DNA from: Gemmatimonadota bacterium
GTDB taxonomy: Bacteria; Gemmatimonadota; Gemmatimonadetes; Gemmatimonadales; GWC2-71-9
Assembly: GCA_043744895.1 (NCBI GenBank)
Contig: JAYTTT010000271.1
Location: 143 to 64,142, forward strand
Length of the DNA stretch: 64,000 bases
Direction of reading: 5' to 3'
The translations under genes and the position numbers were made by a program. Under the pieces are notes generated by a model. It ran no database searches. It had not been told where the DNA came from and was given only the letters and a program-made list of their open reading frames with translations. Numbering within the stretch: the stretch's first letter is position 1; the number at the start of each line of letters is the position of its first letter. Below are positions 62,763 through 64,000 of this stretch, piece by piece.

Positions 62763-63064
62763 CAGAACACCTTGATTCCGCGGGGCGTCTTGTAGAACTG
62801 CGGATGCCGGTAGGGCTTGTCGTTGCCCGGATCAAAGAAGGGCCCGGCGTCGCCGGGGGCCGAGGCCACGATCGCGGTGCTCGGCACCACCCACAGGCTC
62901 ACCGCCTCGCCCCGGCGGGTGTAGACATCCCGGGCGTTTTGCATCGCCACTTCCGCATCCGGCGCGTGGACACTGCCGGCATGCTCGTGGGGCTTGCCGC
63001 CGGGCGCTTGGGTAAACACCTCCCACAAGGGCCACTCGCCGACGCCGTTCGGATCCTTGCTCAT
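62762..63064 (-). CDS. paaB: 1,2-phenylacetyl-CoA epoxidase subunit PaaB
   Basis: 100 aa. WPLWEVFTQ...HAGSVHAPDAEVAMQNARDVYTRR. Confidence 0.8.
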   Translation of the reverse strand: MSKDPNGVGEWPLWEVFTQAPGGKPHEHAGSVHAPDAEVAMQNARDVYTRRGEAVSLWVVPSTAIVASAPGDAGPFFDPGNDKPYRHPQFYKTPRGIKVF

Positions 63065-63079
63065 AGTCGAACCTTTGGG

Positions 63080-64000
63080 TTAGGCAGCCTGGCCGGCCGC
63101 CGGCTGCCGCTTGGCGGCGTAGGCGGCTGCCGCCTCGCGGACCCAGGCACCTTCTTCGTGCGCCTTGCGCCGGGCCGCCAACCGCTCGCGATTGCAGGGA
63201 CCGTTGCCTCCGACGACCTGATAGAACTCGGACCAATCGATGGCTCCGAACTCCCAGTTCTTGGCGGCGTCGTTGTATTTGAGCGCCGGATCGGGCAACG
63301 TCAACCCGATGGCCTGGGCCTGCGGAACCGTCAGGTTGACGAACCGCTGCCGGAGGTCGTCGTTCGATTTGAGCTTGACCTTCCACCGGAGCAGGTCGCC
63401 GCTGTTGGGCGAATCTTTGTCGGTCGGCCCGAACATCATCAGGGACGGCCACCACCACCGGTTGACGGACTCCTGCACCATCGCCTTTTGCGCCGGAGTG
63501 CCGCGGGCCAGCGTGGCGCAGAGCTCGTAGCCCTGCCGCTTGTGGAAGTTTTCCTCTTTGCAGATCCGGACCATGGCCCGGGAGTAGGGCCCATAGGACG
63601 CTTTGGCCAGCATCGTCTGGTTCACGATCGCGGCGCCATCGACCAGCCAGCCGATGACCCCGATGTCCGCCCACTGCAGGGTGGGATAGTTGAAAATGCT
63701 GGAGTACTTGGCGGTGCCGTACAAATACCCATCGATCAGCTCCGACCGGTCGGTGCCGAGCGTTTCGGTCCCGCAGTAGATATAGAGGCCGTGGCCGCCT
63801 TCATCCTGGACCTTGGCGATCAGCGACATCTTCCGCCGGAGGCTCGGCGCCCGGCCGATCCAGTTGCCCTCGGGCAGCATGCCCACCACTTCGGAATGGG
63901 CGTGTTGCGACATCATCCGGGTCAATTGTTTCCGGTACTTCTCGGGCATCCAGTCTTTGGGTTCGATGGTTTCGTCGCGAGCCAATCGGGCGTCGAATTC
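63080..64000 (-). CDS. paaA: 1,2-phenylacetyl-CoA epoxidase catalytic subunit PaaA (5' end beyond the window)
   Basis: [48 protein letters not shown]...[10 protein letters not shown]. The reading frame stays open to the window edge ([10 protein letters not shown]...). Confidence 0.8.
   Translation of the reverse strand, partial: EFDARLARDETIEPKDWMPEKYRKQLTRMMSQHAHSEVVGMLPEGNWIGRAPSLRRKMSLIAKVQDEGGHGLYIYCGTETLGTDRSELIDGYLYGTAKYSSIFNYPTLQWADIGVIGWLVDGAAIVNQTMLAKASYGPYSRAMVRICKEENFHKRQGYELCATLARGTPAQKAMVQESVNRWWWPSLMMFGPTDKDSPNSGDLLRWKVKLKSNDDLRQRFVNLTVPQAQAIGLTLPDPALKYNDAAKNWEFGAIDWSEFYQVVGGNGPCNRERLAARRKAHEEGAWVREAAAAYAAKRQPAAGQAA

Noticed and set aside
1-64000. Apparent over-representation of GTTAGGC/GCCTAAC. 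I counted about 22 occurrences by eye, against roughly 7 expected from composition.
   Set aside because: The count was manual and unreliable. Many hits are simply Ala-TAA gene ends (GCC TAA) or CTA/TTA Leu codons. Only the 13-bp pair around hicAB is reported. A genome-wide k-mer enrichment test would be needed.

Overview
High-G+C (about 65-70% by eye) bacterial chromosomal segment. The gene content fits a Gemmatimonadota/Acidobacteriota-like soil bacterium: many secreted peptidases (M14, M24, M28, S8, S9, S10, S15, S41), an LVIVD propeller, DUF5916, an ADOP-type FtsX permease fragment and TPR proteins. The taxon is inference only.

Layout:
- 1-0.7 kb: hicAB toxin-antitoxin cassette.
- 1.1-8.4 kb: hydrolases and secreted proteins, including two genes with apparent internal deletions.
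- 8.4-13.0 kb: tetR-tolC-hlyD-MFS efflux operon.
- 13.1-23.9 kb: glycan-tailing / protein-glycosylation island. It holds three TPR+GT9-like transferase paralogs, a pseudaminic-acid-associated methylase, a GNAT, two N-acetyl-sugar amidotransferases and HisH/HisF-like genes.
- 24-32.5 kb: peptidase-rich core block.
- 32.5-53.9 kb: lower-GC, heavily rearranged accessory region. It contains a 334-bp inverted duplication that brackets an XRE / S8 protease / PA-IL-like lectin unit, two unknown genes (one with a possible REase-like C-terminus), a duplicated 476-nt non-coding module with a near-identical 135-nt core, brnTA, dodecin, tyrA, a low-GC methyltransferase, and decaying M28 and CocE/NonD peptidase copies.
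- 53.9-64 kb: ypdA-like reductase, a boxCB cluster and a paaABCD cluster.

No rRNA, tRNA, CRISPR array, integrase or transposase could be supported.

The most interesting signals are:
- the inversion-ready lectin 3' cassette;
- the unknown two-gene module at 39.8-42.0 kb;
- the conserved non-coding module;
- identical-format (CTCGGCR)x5 heptamer arrays embedded in three unrelated CDSs;
- the three FlmG-like transferases.

All family assignments rest on motif recognition from the translated ORFs. No database search was run.
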